Notes: a model not told the origin generated them from the letters alone. A stretch of DNA of 64,000 nt from Octopus vulgaris (GCA_951406725.2 OX597818.1:57846001-57910000); one strand, 5' to 3'; positions 11,539 to 25,314 are shown, numbered from the stretch's first letter. Numbers and translations: made by a program.

Positions 11539-12553
11539 AGATGACATACAAATATAATATTCAAGCGTTAATATACGCGTTTTGTTTCAGAACATATACA
11601 TGGTTCTTAAAAAAATGCTCGTTTGCTACCATTAGGAAATCTAGATTGTCAACATCTCGTAAGCTTGATCTCGGTATACAAGTCTTACAATGAGGATATG
11701 GTATTATTCAAAAACAAATGTAATCGTTAACAGTTTAATTGTGTCTAATTTCAATTTATTCTAAATTTGTGGAAAATTGGGCAATAATTTTTATTACGTT
11801 TTTAGATGAGAGATACGTTTAACACGTTTTTGAACTTAACACTATATTAATCTAATGGGGGATCAACATATAAAGACAAACATACAAAAACTGTTGAAAA
11901 GTAATAAGTTCACAAAATTAAATTCTTAAAATGTGGATGTACAACTCATTTGAATAACCTGTTGCCCTTAAATTACTGTTCGAAACAGAAAATAAAATTT
12001 ACACGACCTCTCTTACTCCAAATACCTCTCACATGGAGGAATATCATTAAGATTTTTAAAAATTCATTTACGGAATTACACCATAAACTATTCGATTTTT
12101 GAATCACGAAAGAGCTTCAGATAAATCTAAACATGGAATTACTCACTGCATTTTGTACAAAATGCTAAGTAGTGTATGAGAGGATTCACTTTGATGCCCT
12201 CTTTTCAAATCGTTTAGCGAGGAAAATGAGGTTCAATATCAAACAGAATTATGCATGTATGAGTCTTTACCCATACTTTCGCAGTTCGGAGAAATATGTT
12301 TTAATAGAGTTCCTATATTTCAGATATAGCTACAAAAGTATTTGTAACTCATAAGCACGGAAGCATATCTAATCCCATCTTAACATTGAAAATATCAAAA
12401 TGATATGTACATATATTAGATATATTTCTCTATCCTAGATAGAAATTCAGCGTATAACATTAGTTATTTATAAAATACCACGTGTGTACACATGCACATG
12501 TGTGTGCGTGTGCGGCCCTGATTACTGTCAAGAAAAAACAAGAGTTTAAAAAA

Positions 12554-13053
12554 TGTTATGGTATAGGAGGAATTTCAACCGTGTTTCGTGGTCTGCTACC
12601 ACAACAGCTCCTTTATAGGATCCAGTTAGTTCAAGATATCATCAGGAGGAACTACGTCCGGTTTCGGCCCTTACTCCTCTACCGTTTTGGTGTGGCCAGC
12701 CCCCCTCTTTCGGAGGTGTCTTCAGCTGTGGTATTGGGTGCATGTCTTCTTTCTTCTTCTTTCTTCTGTTCCCTGGTCTCTTCGACGTAGCGTCCACGAG
12801 TGTCAGTGGGCGACTGACTGTCTTGTGAAATTCTTTCCTTTAAATACCTGCTTGCAGGCTCCAGCAGGCCGCCCCAACAAATTGTCACTTGACACTGTCG
12901 CAACTTTAACTGACCAATGAAGCCGCGTCGTCTCAGCCCACGCATTCTCTAAACGATACCGTCATCTGTCAGTCAGCAAAGCTATTTCAGTGTGGCGTGT
13001 CTCACCTAGTGATATTATTTTCCGCCGACATGTTATTGTAAAATATATTAACA
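12554..13053. mobile_element. Possible solo LTR or other ~500-bp GC-richer insertion
   Basis: Starts TGTTA, ends TAACA and is visibly GC-richer than its flanks. No target-site duplication seen. Confidence 0.3.
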
Positions 13054-13934
13054 GATTCTGAGTAAAAATGCGTCATTTATATGGATATAAAATGGATTTT
13101 TGATAGAATACGCAAACATTAGAATTCATTGCTCATTAAATATTTCTGCAAGCGATAAACACTCTAGAATTTCTACGTCCTTGTTAAATAATAATCTATA
13201 TCTTATTCATGATAATGTTTTCCTGTTCAAAATAAGCAATCTCATTAACTATATAATATATTTGCAAAAATCATAATCATTCTCATTTGCTGATAATTGG
13301 ATTCATGCAACATCATTTTATTGCATATAAATTGAATACCATTATGTAATAATCTGATATCTAACTGCATTTTCATAGATTACTAATTCAGTAATGTAAT
13401 ACGTAAGTGTATTAATAATTAGTTAATTATGTTTATCGTTATAAAATACGTACATAAAAGTAACATGTAACTCTAAACAAACCTTTGCGTAATTCTTAAT
13501 GTGTATATTTGAATAATAAAATTCAAACAAAATATTAAATTCTTTGTTCTTCTATAGAAACAATGCATTTACCGGAGTATACTCCACACATTACTGTTAT
13601 TAAAAAAAATTATTTTCGCAGCATATATTTATAGATCTGTTTAGTATATAAAAATCATTCCACGTACATTATAATATTTCTTGGCCTCACAATTCATAAA
13701 CAAATAAACTATTCGGATTGTAGTTGTATTATTCGATGCAAAAAGTCAACAATACAGGCGCATTGAATTGCCTTGTTGCACGTGATTTACGTAAGGGCCC
13801 TATCATTTGAATTAATTGAATGACTATACACAAGTTACTCTCAGGCAATAGAATAATATACTTCTTGGAATCTGAGAGAAGTAATAATAATAATGAACAA
13901 TAATGGTTTAAATTTTTTCCACGAGTGCAAACTT

Positions 13935-14425
13935 TTTGGGGAAGGCGGGGAGTCAATTACATCGACCAGCAGTGTTTATCGACCACGAAAGGTGGAAGGG
14001 CAAAGTCGATGTCGGCAGAATTAGCACTCAAATCATGAAGACCGACTTAAATACCTATTTCTCTACTACCCACATGGAGCTAAACATAGAGGGGACAAAC
14101 AAGGACAGTCAAACGGATTAAGTCGATTACATCGACCCCAGTGCGTAACTGGTACTTAATTTATCGACCACGAAAGGATGAAAGGCAATGTCGACCTCGG
14201 CGGAATTTGAACTCAGAACGCAACGGCAGACGAAATACCTATTTCTTTGCTACCCACAAGGGGCTAAACACAAAGAGAGCAAAAAAGGACAGTCAAACGG
14301 ATTAAGTCGATTCGATCGACCCCAGTGCGTAACTGGTACTTATTTAATCGACCCCAAAAGGATGGAAGGTAAAGTCGAACTCGGCAGAATTTGAACCCAG
14401 AACGTAAAGACAGACAAAATACAGA
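13935..14425 (-). mobile_element. SINE family A, three tandem bodies
   Basis: Repeated 'cgaaaggatgaaaggcaa.gtcgacctcggcggaatttgaactcagaacg' with 'aaatacctatttct' junctions at about 14055 and 14240. Confidence 0.85.
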
Positions 14426-14486
14426 CATTTGAATGGATAATTGTATGGATATGATTTTTCTAAGGGCAGTACTTGTCAGCATAATT

Positions 14487-14601
14487 CTTCTTGTTCTTCT
14501 TCTTGCTCTTCTTCTTCTTCTTCTTCTTCTTCTTCTTCTTCTTCTTCTTCTTCTTCTTCTTCTTCTTCTTTTACTTCTTCTACTTTCTTCTTCTTCTTCA
14601 A

Positions 14602-14640
<39 letters not shown>

Positions 14641-14706
14641 GTTATTATTATTATTATTATTGTTATTATTATTATTATTGTTATTATTATTATTATTATT
14701 ATTATT
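14487..14706. repeat. (CTT)n followed by (ATT)n trinucleotide arrays
   Basis: Direct inspection. Confidence 0.95.
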
Positions 14707-15117
14707 GAGTGAGAGAGCAGTTCATGTCATCAAAGTGACACTGGGGTAAAATATACGAAGCCCAATATACCCATCATGACTACCCGTCTGATAAGGGTAC
14801 ACCAGGCACATGCATCACAACCATATGTGCGCGACATGGTGATTTCATATCAAGATAAACAGCACATGACCTTGCAGGTGGGGCCCAGATTGAATTTTCT
14901 TCAGGTTGAGTAGCCCATCCCGCTCAAAAGGTCCCTGAATAAGGGTTGTTGAAGGATGTTGAAAGAACCACCCATGTTTCCAGAGGTGAATTATCCAAAT
15001 CCCAAAGAATCCCTCTCAACACAAGGCTATGATGCTCCCCCACTACTTCTGTTCGTGATCAGAGATGCACATATCGTCAGCCACCTAGGGACATGCTCAA
15101 CTGGTTAAGGTCAAGCA

Positions 15118-15120
<3 letters not shown>
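14707..15120 (-). mobile_element. R4/Dong-like LINE 3' UTR copy between (ATT)n tracts
   Basis: Homologous to 15177-15545, which is contiguous with an RLE-LINE C-terminus. Flanked on both sides by (ATT)n. Confidence 0.7.
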
Positions 15121-15176
<56 letters not shown>

Positions 15177-15178
<2 letters not shown>

Positions 15179-15900
15179 GACAGAGCAGCGCATGATATCA
15201 GAGTGGCACTGAGGTACAAATATATGAAACCTTATATATCTAAAAATACAACATGTCTGATAAGGTTACACAAGGCACATGCATCACAACCATATGTGCG
15301 CAACATGGTCGCATGACCTTGCAGGTAAGGCCGTGTAGCACATTCCGCGCAAAATGTCTGTGAATGAAGCTCATTTAATGATGTCGAACTAAACACCCAT
15401 GTTTCCAGAGTTGCATTATTCAAACCCCAAAGAATTCCACTCAAGATATGGCTATGATCCACCACTACTGCCTCTGCTCTTGATTACAGGTGCACATATT
15501 GTAAGCCATTGAGGTGTACGCTGAACTGGTTAATCTCAGGTAAATGACAAGCAAATCTGTGGTAATGAGCAGAATATTGGCTGTAACCCATCTTTTATTT
15601 GACTTTGGTTCGTTCTTATTCTGGTAGTATTTATGTGGAAAGTGGGTTACTACGTTTACCTGTACCTATCCACAAGCTTTCAATGGGCTTTCAAGTGTTT
15701 AAAACCTTCCTGATAATCTTTCATGTTCCTAAAAGCAAACTTTCTGTAGAAACTCTACAGGACATTCTATTCCAATCTTCCTCAAACATTTTCTATAGCT
15801 TTGCTCACAGTGTCTAATTCAACGATTATTACAGGCACAGCCTTCCCAATTTTCATGCATCAAATAATTGAAATTTCAGATTTTACGGATTATATAATCA
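15177..15900 (-). mobile_element. R4/Dong-like LINE 3' end (ORF C-terminus, ~500-bp 3' UTR, (TAA)n)
   Basis: Minus strand about 15870-15691 gives ...AVPVIIVELDTVSK...KIGIECPVEFLQKVC..GT*KIIRKVLNT*, then UTR ending at (TAA)n. Confidence 0.7.
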
Positions 15901-16665
15901 TTCTTTCATAACACGGTGTAGGTAAAAATGCACCGGAGTCTTTAGTCATCCGTCAAGTCACAAGGACCTCAGTCAAATAATACTCTCTTTAAGATGTGCG
16001 CTGTGCTCAATTAGGCTGCTTTTTGCAAGACATCAATCTTGCATGGGCCTTCCAGTTGCCTTAAGAAGTATTGAAGTTTCAATGGGATTGAGCACAACGC
16101 TCAGATCAGCACTGGCATCACTTTTACTTGCCCTCTCGCGTTCCATACTGTCTTGCCAATTCCACTTTAAAATCGGAGTACGTGGTGAAATTTCGACCTT
16201 TTTACTCACAATATTCATGTCATTTGGTATGGCTACATCAATGATCTGATAGTATTGGTCACTCTTATTCAATATGACAATGTCCGGCCGACGGTGTTCG
16301 ATTACACGATCCGTCTGAAAATCATAATCCCAGAGTAGCGTTACTTTTCCGTTTTCCTGCATAACTTTACTTGGTACATGTTCATACCAGTTCTCTCGTA
16401 CCTCCTATTGGTATTTACAGCATAAGAACCAATGAAGATACACTTAACCCATGCCCACGATGCTGTATTAACGTCCTGTGTATTCATTTCAAGTAGGTCT
16501 TCTGTTCTCTTCTCCTCCGCTCTTTGGTTATACTCTTCATTTCCCATAATTTCATTTGCATTTACACCCATAAATTTCGCGGCATATGGCAGCATGTCTT
16601 CATCACTATTTATCAAAATATTTGGCAAGCGTTCTCCTTTCTCTCTTTATACAATGCCTATACTG
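15900..16665 (-). mobile_element. R4/Dong-like LINE fragment with restriction-like endonuclease (RLE)
   Basis: LLWDYDFQTDRVIEHRRPDIVILNK...IIDVAIPNDMNIVSKKVE is the RLE PD-D motif. The C-terminus reads DVLQKAA*LSTAHILKRVL. Frameshifted. Confidence 0.85.
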
Positions 16666-16666
<1 letters not shown>

Positions 16667-16704
<38 letters not shown>

Positions 16705-16716
16705 ATTATTATTATT

Positions 16717-16748
<32 letters not shown>

Positions 16749-16824
16749 TATTACTAGCACTAATAGTAGTAGTAGTAGTAGTAGTAGCAGCAGCAGGAGC
16801 AGCAGTAGCAGCAGTAGCAGCAGT

Positions 16825-16890
<66 letters not shown>
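16667..16890. repeat. Compound (ATT)n/(ATC)n/(AGT)n/(AGC)n trinucleotide array
   Basis: Direct inspection. Confidence 0.95.
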
Positions 16891-17690
16891 TTATCATATT
16901 TGCACAGCTTCTAACGCTGGAGATGTACTACGGTGTCAGCTGTTCACTACCTGCAATCTAAGGCAACACCTCTTATTTTCCGAGCACCTTCCGGAGTATT
17001 CGAGTGGTTCCAAGAAGTGCTGTTTTCTGCAAGTGCTCCAACCTTATTGCAGCCCGTTTGTTCCATGTACTTCTCAAGATTTTTATTCACTGTTCCCTGG
17101 GCTCCGACAATTATTAGTAATACTATTACGGTTTTCAGCGACCACAACTGCTTAACCTCCCAAGTTAACCTGTCATATTTATCGACTTTTCTTTCTTCCT
17201 TATTGCCTATCTTTTTGTCAGCTAGGCATACTGTATATATGATCCAATGCCATTTGCTTTCTTTCTTAATTTATACTATGTCTGGTTTCTTTTCCTCTAT
17301 CTCGTGATCGCATTGAATCATAAAATCCCATAGAATCTTTGCATTATCATTTTCAATGATGCCTTCGGGCTTTTGTTTCCACAACTGTTTTCCATGTCAA
17401 GTCCATACCTATTGCAAAGTGTCCAGTGGACAATCCTTGCTATGTTGTCATGACACCTCTTATATTCTTTCTGGGCTAGTGGCATACATTGACTGGTCAT
17501 ATGCCATACGGTTTCATCATTTTATCCGCGCATTCTACACGTACCACTTTCAGTTATGGTGTCTATTCTGTATTGTATATAATTGGTTCTTAACGCTTGC
17601 TCTTGGACAGCACAGATTAGAGCCCCCGTTTCCGGTTTTAAATATTTTTACTCTGTCATATCTTCAACATCTCTATGAAATTCTCCATGC
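16891..17690 (-). mobile_element. R4/Dong-like LINE fragment (zinc knuckle plus RLE), second subfamily
   Basis: Minus-strand pieces: QEQALRTNY; ETVWHMTSQCMPLAQKEYKRCHDNIARIVHWTLC; KILWDFMIQCDHEIEERKPDIV; KYDRLTWEVKQLWSLK..IIVGAQGTV; LLGTTRILRKVL. Confidence 0.85.
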
Positions 17691-17696
17691 ACGAGC

Positions 17697-17870
17697 AGGC
17701 TGAATAGTTTGTTGGCAGAATCGTCCTGAGTTCAAATTCTGCCGAGGTCGACTATGACCTTCATCCTTTCGGGATCGATAAATTAAGTACCTATGAAAAC
17801 ACCGGGGTCGATATACTCGACTACTTTCCTTTCTCAAAATTTCAGGGCATGTGCCTCCAGTAGAAAATAT
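17697..17870 (+). mobile_element. SINE family A, diverged, old-type tail
   Basis: 'gagttcaaattctgccgaggtcgac...catcctttcgggatcgataaattaagtacc'. Confidence 0.75.
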
Positions 17871-18069
17871 TCTTCTTCTTCTTCTTCTTCTTCTTCTTCT
17901 TCTTCTTCTTCTTCTTCTTCTTCTTCTTCTTCTTCTTCTTCTTCTTCTTCTTCTTCTTCTTTTTCTTCTTCTTCTTCTTCTTCTTCTTCTTCTTCTTCTT
18001 CTCCTCCTTCTTCTCCTTCTCCTTCTTCTACTTATTTTTATTACAACTATAATCATCATCAGTATCATC

Positions 18070-18109
<40 letters not shown>

Positions 18110-18195
18110 CCATCATCACCACCACCACCACCATCAACACCACCACCACCACCACCACCACCACCACCGCCACCATCATATCTACCATCATCATC
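17871..18195. repeat. (CTT)n, (CAT)n and (CAC)n arrays
   Basis: Direct inspection. Source of the poly-R/S/H/L ORFs in the track. Confidence 0.95.
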
Positions 18196-18705
18196 AATAG
18201 TATTTATTTCCTGGGAGTAATAATTGACAAATGTTATTTACACTCGCTGACTTTGCAGGAAGAATTGAATGCCGCTAGCCCAATAGGATCTGCTTCTAGT
18301 AATGAACTCCAAGCTTAACCGAATTCTTCATCTCTAAATGAAAATTGACGAATTTAAATTTCCTTTACCATACCGATCGTTCGTTTGGAGGTTAAATGCA
18401 TTCAAACTCATTTGGCTGTGGATTTACAATTTGATATTTTTGAAATCGAAATGACGCAGGCTTAAAGTCATAATCCAAACGTTAAGGGATCACACTTAAC
18501 ATGCATGATTTGTAATTAAGGACTACTGAGATTTCAAATTATTAAATCAAATTTGTTTAACGATTGCAAACACTCGGTTCGTTTAAGCTTGCGATTTTTT
18601 TCATCTCCTGAATGGTTATTACTTCGTTTGTTATTGTAGCATATATTCATACGCGAAATATACACACATACATACATATATACATACATATGACTAAATA
18701 GATAA

Positions 18706-18787
<82 letters not shown>

Positions 18788-18791
<4 letters not shown>

Positions 18792-19084
18792 GGAGTGGTT
18801 GTGTGGTAAGTAGCTTGTTTACAAACCACATGGTTCCGGGTTCAGTCCCACAGCGTGGCACCTTGGGCAAGTGTCTTCTACTATAGCCTCGGGCCGACCA
18901 AAGCCTTGAGAGTGGATTTGGTAGAGGGAAACTGAAAAGAAGCCCGTCGTATATATGTATATATATATATGCGTGTACTGGGCTTACAAAAGAATAAGTC
19001 CCGGGGTCGAGTTGCTCGATCAAAGGCAGTGCTCCAGCATGGTCGCAGTCAAATGAGTGAAACAAGTAAAAAAATAAAAGAGTA
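18788..19084 (+). mobile_element. SINE family B (internally deleted)
   Basis: Family B head and tail are present. Confidence 0.85.
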
Positions 19085-19115
<31 letters not shown>

Positions 19116-19131
19116 AGTGCATATATATATC

Positions 19132-19507
19132 GGTGCAGGAATGGCCGGTATGAAGCTTGCTTACCAACAACGTGTTTCCGGGTTCAGTCCTCACTGAGTG
19201 ACACCGTGGGCAAGTTTCTTCTACTATAACCTCTGGCTCACTAAAGCCTCGTGGGTGGTTTTCGTAGACGGAAACTGAAAGAAACCCATCGTTTATACAT
19301 GTATGTATATGTGCGTGTGTGTGTCTGTGTTTGCTCTGCCAGAATCGCTAGAGAAACGACGCTGGTGTGTTTACGTTCTCATAACTTAGCGGTTTGGCAA
19401 AAGAGAACGATATCTTAAGTACTAGGCTCACAAAGAGTAAGTCTCAGCGTCGATTTGCTCGTCTAAATGCGTGGCCGCAGACAAATGACTGAAACCAATA
19501 AAAAAGT
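19132..19507 (+). mobile_element. SINE family B (diverged)
   Basis: Head 'ggtgcaggaatggccgg', 'gggttcagtcc', tail 'aaatgactgaaac'. Confidence 0.8.
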
Positions 19508-19514
19508 ATATATT

Positions 19515-19690
19515 CTTATTCTTTTTCTTTTATTCTTTTACTTGTTTCAGTCATACTGCGGCCATGATTGAGACCCACCTGTAGAGGAAAAATCAACTCC
19601 AGGGCTTATTCTTTGTACGCCTAGTGCATACTCTTTCGGTCTGTTTTACCAACATTGGTTGCCAAGTGGTGGTGGGGAGAAACACAGGCA
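19515..19690 (-). mobile_element. SINE family B 3' fragment
   Basis: 'tctttta cttgtttcagtcat..actgcggccatg' is the reverse complement of the family B tail. Confidence 0.65.
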
Positions 19691-19694
19691 CCCA

Positions 19695-19744
19695 AATACA
19701 TACATATATATATAAACACAGACAAACTCACCCCACCCACACAT

Positions 19745-19775
<31 letters not shown>

Positions 19776-19789
19776 CATACATACATACG

Positions 19790-19839
<50 letters not shown>

Positions 19840-19860
19840 ATATATATACATATATATATT

Positions 19861-19892
<32 letters not shown>

Positions 19893-19904
19893 TACATACA
19901 TACG

Positions 19905-19958
<54 letters not shown>

Positions 19959-20050
19959 CATAAGTATATATATATATATGTTTATGTATTTCAGGCTATA
20001 TATCTCTCTTTCCGTACACACAGAAACGCATGAACGCACATACGCACACA
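19695..20050. repeat. Long (TA)n-rich microsatellite
   Basis: Direct inspection. Confidence 0.95.
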
Positions 20051-21107
20051 CTTTCTCAGTAACATATTGGTTTTGCAAAGTCAACTTTTTTGCCTGTATA
20101 TAACTGAGTGTGTGTATAACTGTACTTCACTTTAAGCACATATTTTTTATTATAATAAAAAAATGTGGAGAGAAGCAAACAAAATACTCAACCAGAAGAA
20201 AACAAAAAAAATATATATATATATTCTGCCAACAGTATTCTAGCATTTCTTTCAATGAATATAAATGTCTTATGGTAATTTGGAACTTTATTTACACATG
20301 ATACCAATGGAAATCTTACTGATAGTTAATGTTACAATATATGCATGAAAAACATATAGAATAATAAATTTATTTAAAAATTATTATTTTACATTAAGAT
20401 CACAGAAATATATTTTAATATGAAAAAGAACATAAATGGTAAGCATTATAACAGAATACATAACCGTTTTCTGAATGATGAGTAAACAGATATTTATATA
20501 TGGCAGATAATTCACAGCCAAAATTGATGATATTTCATTAGGAGTGTAGAGGATTCATAAAATATATATACATTAATTATATATATTTATGTTTTATGCT
20601 GTTTGGAAATACATTTTAAAATTTATTTGACTGAAATTGAGACATTTCATTTAGATATTGATTATGTATTCGATTTTTTAATTAACGATTTTTGAGTAGG
20701 TTTTTATACATAGATGTATATTTAAAATAAAGTTATTTCGTCGCTTATTCAAGTTTAGAATAAGAATCACCGAAGACGCTAAATGATTGAGAATATACTA
20801 ACATGTTACAATTGAAATGAAGAAAATATCGGAAATATATATTTCTAAATATAGCGATTTAATATTAATATTTTTAATAATAACAATAATATTTCATCTC
20901 CCTTATATCTAAATGAAACACCTTATTACGAATTCTATAAATATTATCGATTCAAATATGAATTGAGAAATAATTCAAATATCTGAAAAGACTTTACAAG
21001 AATAGCTTCCTATTTCTCTATTATTTATTGAATTGTAATCTTTTATTCATCATCAAAGTGTTGGTTGCTTTTTTTATGGTTTTGACTCCGTGTGTTTTTG
21101 TCTCTCT

Positions 21108-21474
21108 CTTTTTACTCTTTTACTTGTTTCAGTCATCTGACTGCGGCCATGCTGGAGCACCACCTTTTTTAGTACTTATTCTATCGGTCTCTTTTTGCCG
21201 AACCGCTAAGTGACGGGGACGTAAACACACCAGCATCGGTTGTCAAGCAATGCTAGGGGGACAAACACAGACACACAAACACACACACACATACATATAT
21301 ATACATATATACGACAGGCTTCTTTCAGTTTCCGTCTACCAAATCCACTCACAAGGCATTGGTCGGCCCGGGGCTATAGCAGAAGACACTTGCCCAAGAT
21401 GCCACGCAGTGGGACTGAACCCGCAACCGTGTGGTTGGTTAGCAAGCTACTTACCACACAGCCACTCCCGCGCC
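21108..21474 (-). mobile_element. SINE family B, young subfamily
   Basis: Near-identical in the head and body to 29607-30062, sharing 'aaggcattggtcggcccgggg' and 'ccaagatgccacgcag'. Confidence 0.9.
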
Positions 21475-22934
21475 TTATTCTATTTATTTATATTATTTTT
21501 AATATTTCTTGAATATGCTTTAGTTATGAGGAGAAAGTAAATACAGCGTTATACGTTGATGTATTGTTTAAGGGTGAAAGAAACAGAAATCAAAGAGAAA
21601 TAATGTAGACGTAATGAATATGTCTATACTGATTCGAACGCTGATGTGTAGCTCTAATTAGAATTCCAATTTTACAATATTTACATATTAATTAAGTGAC
21701 GATAATTATAATAACTGACGCACATTTGACACATAAGGTATAAATATTAATTCTCCGTAACACGGGAAACCACATGTACACACAAATACATCTCTTCATC
21801 CGAAAAGAGATGTTTGCACATAATCAACACTTTTGGATTATATATGCATTTCGGCATCTAATACGGCCATCCTAAATCTATCGAAATCTTGTTAACAGAA
21901 GCAATTGCAAGAGTAATAATAATTGCATAAAATATTGATAAAATATCAGCAATGATAGTAAAAGACACCGGCACCATTGCTCAATTGATACTTATGTTAC
22001 CGACCGTCAAGGAGTGAAGGAGAATAACGACAGGTATAAAAACTTCTAAAATTAAGAAAAAAAACACGATATAAGAACTATCCTTTAAAATGTTTCAGCC
22101 CGAAGGCTGCGGCCATGCTGGGGCATCACCGCTACTATATTGATACTTCTATTATTTTACCCCGAAAATGAGGAAATGCAGTGTCAATCTTACAGAGATT
22201 TGAACTCAGAGCGTAAGGAGGAGAAATCAGGCAGGGCTTTTCCTCGATGTCAAGCGTGATTAAAATCCAAAGTTGATAAAAGCATTTTCTTCTGAATCCT
22301 ACGGTAAATATCTTATACAAGTATCATGTACATAACTTGCACTAATCACATATAAGATTGTGGTAATAACTGATGAAAGGAAAATTAGTTGATGGCATAA
22401 AGAACACAATACAACATAAAATGAATCCAGTTAAACGATTTATCTGCTAAAGATAATACATTATTGTGCACGATGACAAGAGACTCTTTAACTCCTGAAC
22501 AATGTTATAATTTGACTTCACTCAGCCATCCTAAAAACCCATGTCACCAAAATTAATTAGCTTTCTTCAGAATCCTAAGTATTTCTCCGAATATGTGTAG
22601 TATTTATAAATATGTATAGCTTTTTTTCCTGTTTATTTCATTCATTTCTTTATAGCATTCCATATTTTAGCATATTATGTTTCGCTCTCTACAATCATAA
22701 CGTGATTAAGTTTATTGTTTGTTCTATATCCATCAATAATGAAGCATCAAAAAAGAAGAACAAACGCGGCTACATATACCCACCCTGTCCAAAATGTCAC
22801 TCTCACAGTTCTTATAATACGCACAAACTTTAAAGAATAAATTAATATTAATATACATAATGTATTATATATTTTCACTTTCATAACAGTACGAACGTTT
22901 GATATATTAGTTTTAGATATTGATAGAAGTCTAG

Positions 22935-23360
22935 CAGTTTCGGGGGAAAGAGAAGTGTTTGCACCGGACACAATGCTTCCCTGATATTACAGACACCGGA
23001 ACGGTGAAAGGCTAAGATTGATCTCGGAGAATTTGAAATTAGAACGTGAAAATAGGCGGAATGCCGCGAAGCATTTGGTGCGGCGCGTAAACTATTAAGC
23101 CAGCTCACCGTCTTATCCACATTTAATATATTATGTATTATAATATGATACATAAACTGTGCAAATTGTCAGCACATCGCGCAAAATGCTTAGCGACATT
23201 TCACCCCTATTCATGTTCCCAGTTCAAATTTCGGACAAGCCGACTTCTCCTGTCATGATTTTGTGATCAATAAATTATGCACCAGTGGATCGCTGGTATC
23301 GATGTAATCAATTTAAATCGACCACCATATTTGCTGTCCTTCTACCAAAATCTGAATCTG
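22935..23360. mobile_element. Two old SINE family A relics in opposite orientation
   Basis: Minus copy at about 22935-23112 ('ggagaatttgaaattagaacg'). Plus copy at about 23165-23360 ('aaatgcttagcgacatttc...agttcaaattt'). Confidence 0.6.
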
Positions 23361-23968
23361 CTACAAACACTAATTTTCCGTACCCACCCCCATATATATT
23401 AATAGAAAAATAGCACTCTAAATATGCTATACTGTGCAGTCTAGGATGTCTTATGATTGCTTGCAGTTACAAATTAATCTTTATGGATATTTGAAATACT
23501 AATTGTAAAAGCATTTGTAATATTTGAATATGTTATTATAGATATTTATCTCATAATACCTGATAAATATCTGTTTATTTTGCACCATAACAAAATGTAA
23601 CATTATAGATCTGTAATCTACAGATTGTTTATGAAATGCGTAAATTAATATACCTCATTAAAATTGGTAGATTAAAAGATATACTTTATTACGTCTGGTT
23701 TAAGTATGCAAAATAGTTTAGTTATTAAATATTCTAATTTCTTTTACGTTATGTATTCAAATAATACTAACGTTCTTTTTATAAATGTCTTGAAAATTCC
23801 ATACAGCCTTGGCTTTGTTGTCGCATTTTATTTAACATATACATGCTCATACAAGACCGGCAGTAGATTCCTCACTCGTATCATTATCGAACCGAGAGTT
23901 TAACAGCAGTCTTTCCATAGCACTTACATAGCCTTACCTGCCACCTTGAGTCTTCTAGATACCAATAC

Positions 23969-24015
<47 letters not shown>

Positions 24016-24943
24016 CAACTTTTCTCAGCCGGGTTGTATTTATTATTATTTTAGTTATAGACAATGTCATTCTCATCATTCCATAAGAAATTTCGCAATT
24101 TATATAAAGAAGCAACATCTATTTTGACCAGAACGCATTGAGTATACGCAAAACGTCTTTCCTTGTCATAATTATAACCAATATAGGATATTATACCTTA
24201 CCTTATAAAGTCAATACCTGCATATCAAAACAAAAGGGAAATCAAAGTTAAGTGGTTTTCAGCTTAAATTTGTTTTACGAACCTGGATTATAAGACCGAT
24301 GGTAGTTAGAAAATAATGAAAATTTCACGACGTAAATAATGTTTTTGATCACTAATATTATCTTAACCAAAAATAAATAAAAACAAAAATCCGATATTCC
24401 TTAAATTAAAATTAGTTTTCTATATATTGTCAGATTGTGTTTTGAGGATAATGATTTTAAAAATTAACGACCACTTGACATAAAGCAATGCTAGAGGTGT
24501 ACATTCCAGATATTGACACAAAAAATTCATTTCATGGTACGCCAGTGTAAGTCTTTATTTCCTATGCGTAATAATGTGCTCAACAGTTTATAGGGCTGTT
24601 ACAAGATTTGCTGCAGCGAATGTTATATAAGGATAATATATACCACCCCATCATCTCATTTGTAGTAATTGTTCTTGTATCCTTACAAATCATGACTTGC
24701 ATAAAACTGAAGTGTCCCGATGCGTCGAAATATCGGTTCATAACATTTATTCAACATAATCAAGTTTATAGGGATAAAATAAGTGAAATGCGACGGTAGG
24801 GATAAAGGAAACTCTAAACTAGCATCAGGTAGTTCCATCATTAAAATACATCAGAAAGTTGTATGTCTATGGCATGTGAGAATATGATTACGTATTTTTT
24901 ATCTTACATATTTCAACGGTTTTTGATTGCGTCTATTACCATT

Positions 24944-25004
24944 AATAGCCGACGAGAATGCATCGTAGCTCTTCGCTCTGGCATTTGAAACTCCGAGTAA
25001 TATA
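24944..25004 (+). ncRNA. Degenerate type I hammerhead-like motif
   Basis: CCGACGA (U4>C), stem II gaatgc...gcattt, GAA, ACTC(c)GAGT, A. Stem I is poor. A (TA)n tract begins about 100 bp downstream. Confidence 0.45.
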
Positions 25005-25108
25005 CTCGCAACTTACTGATTGTTCTGAATTATGAAATATATAAATAATCCTCAAATTACCTAATACCGAGGCTTCAATCTTTTGTTGCGACTTTTTATT
25101 ATTATTGC

Positions 25109-25172
<64 letters not shown>

Positions 25173-25314
25173 GTATATATATCTGTATATATATACAGAT
25201 AATCCGAAGATTTTTAAACATGCCAGCCCATAAGTTTTAATTCATTAATATCAATTTCTACCCTTATTAATTAATGTTATATATACAGATAGATAGATGG
25301 ATAGACGGGTAGAC

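Noticed and set aside
12570-12670. CTGATGA and GAAAC motifs on the minus strand as a hammerhead
   Set aside because: Could not form stems I and II in any topology.
14433-18318. Poly-L/S/R/H/I ORFs
   Set aside because: Trinucleotide repeat artefacts.
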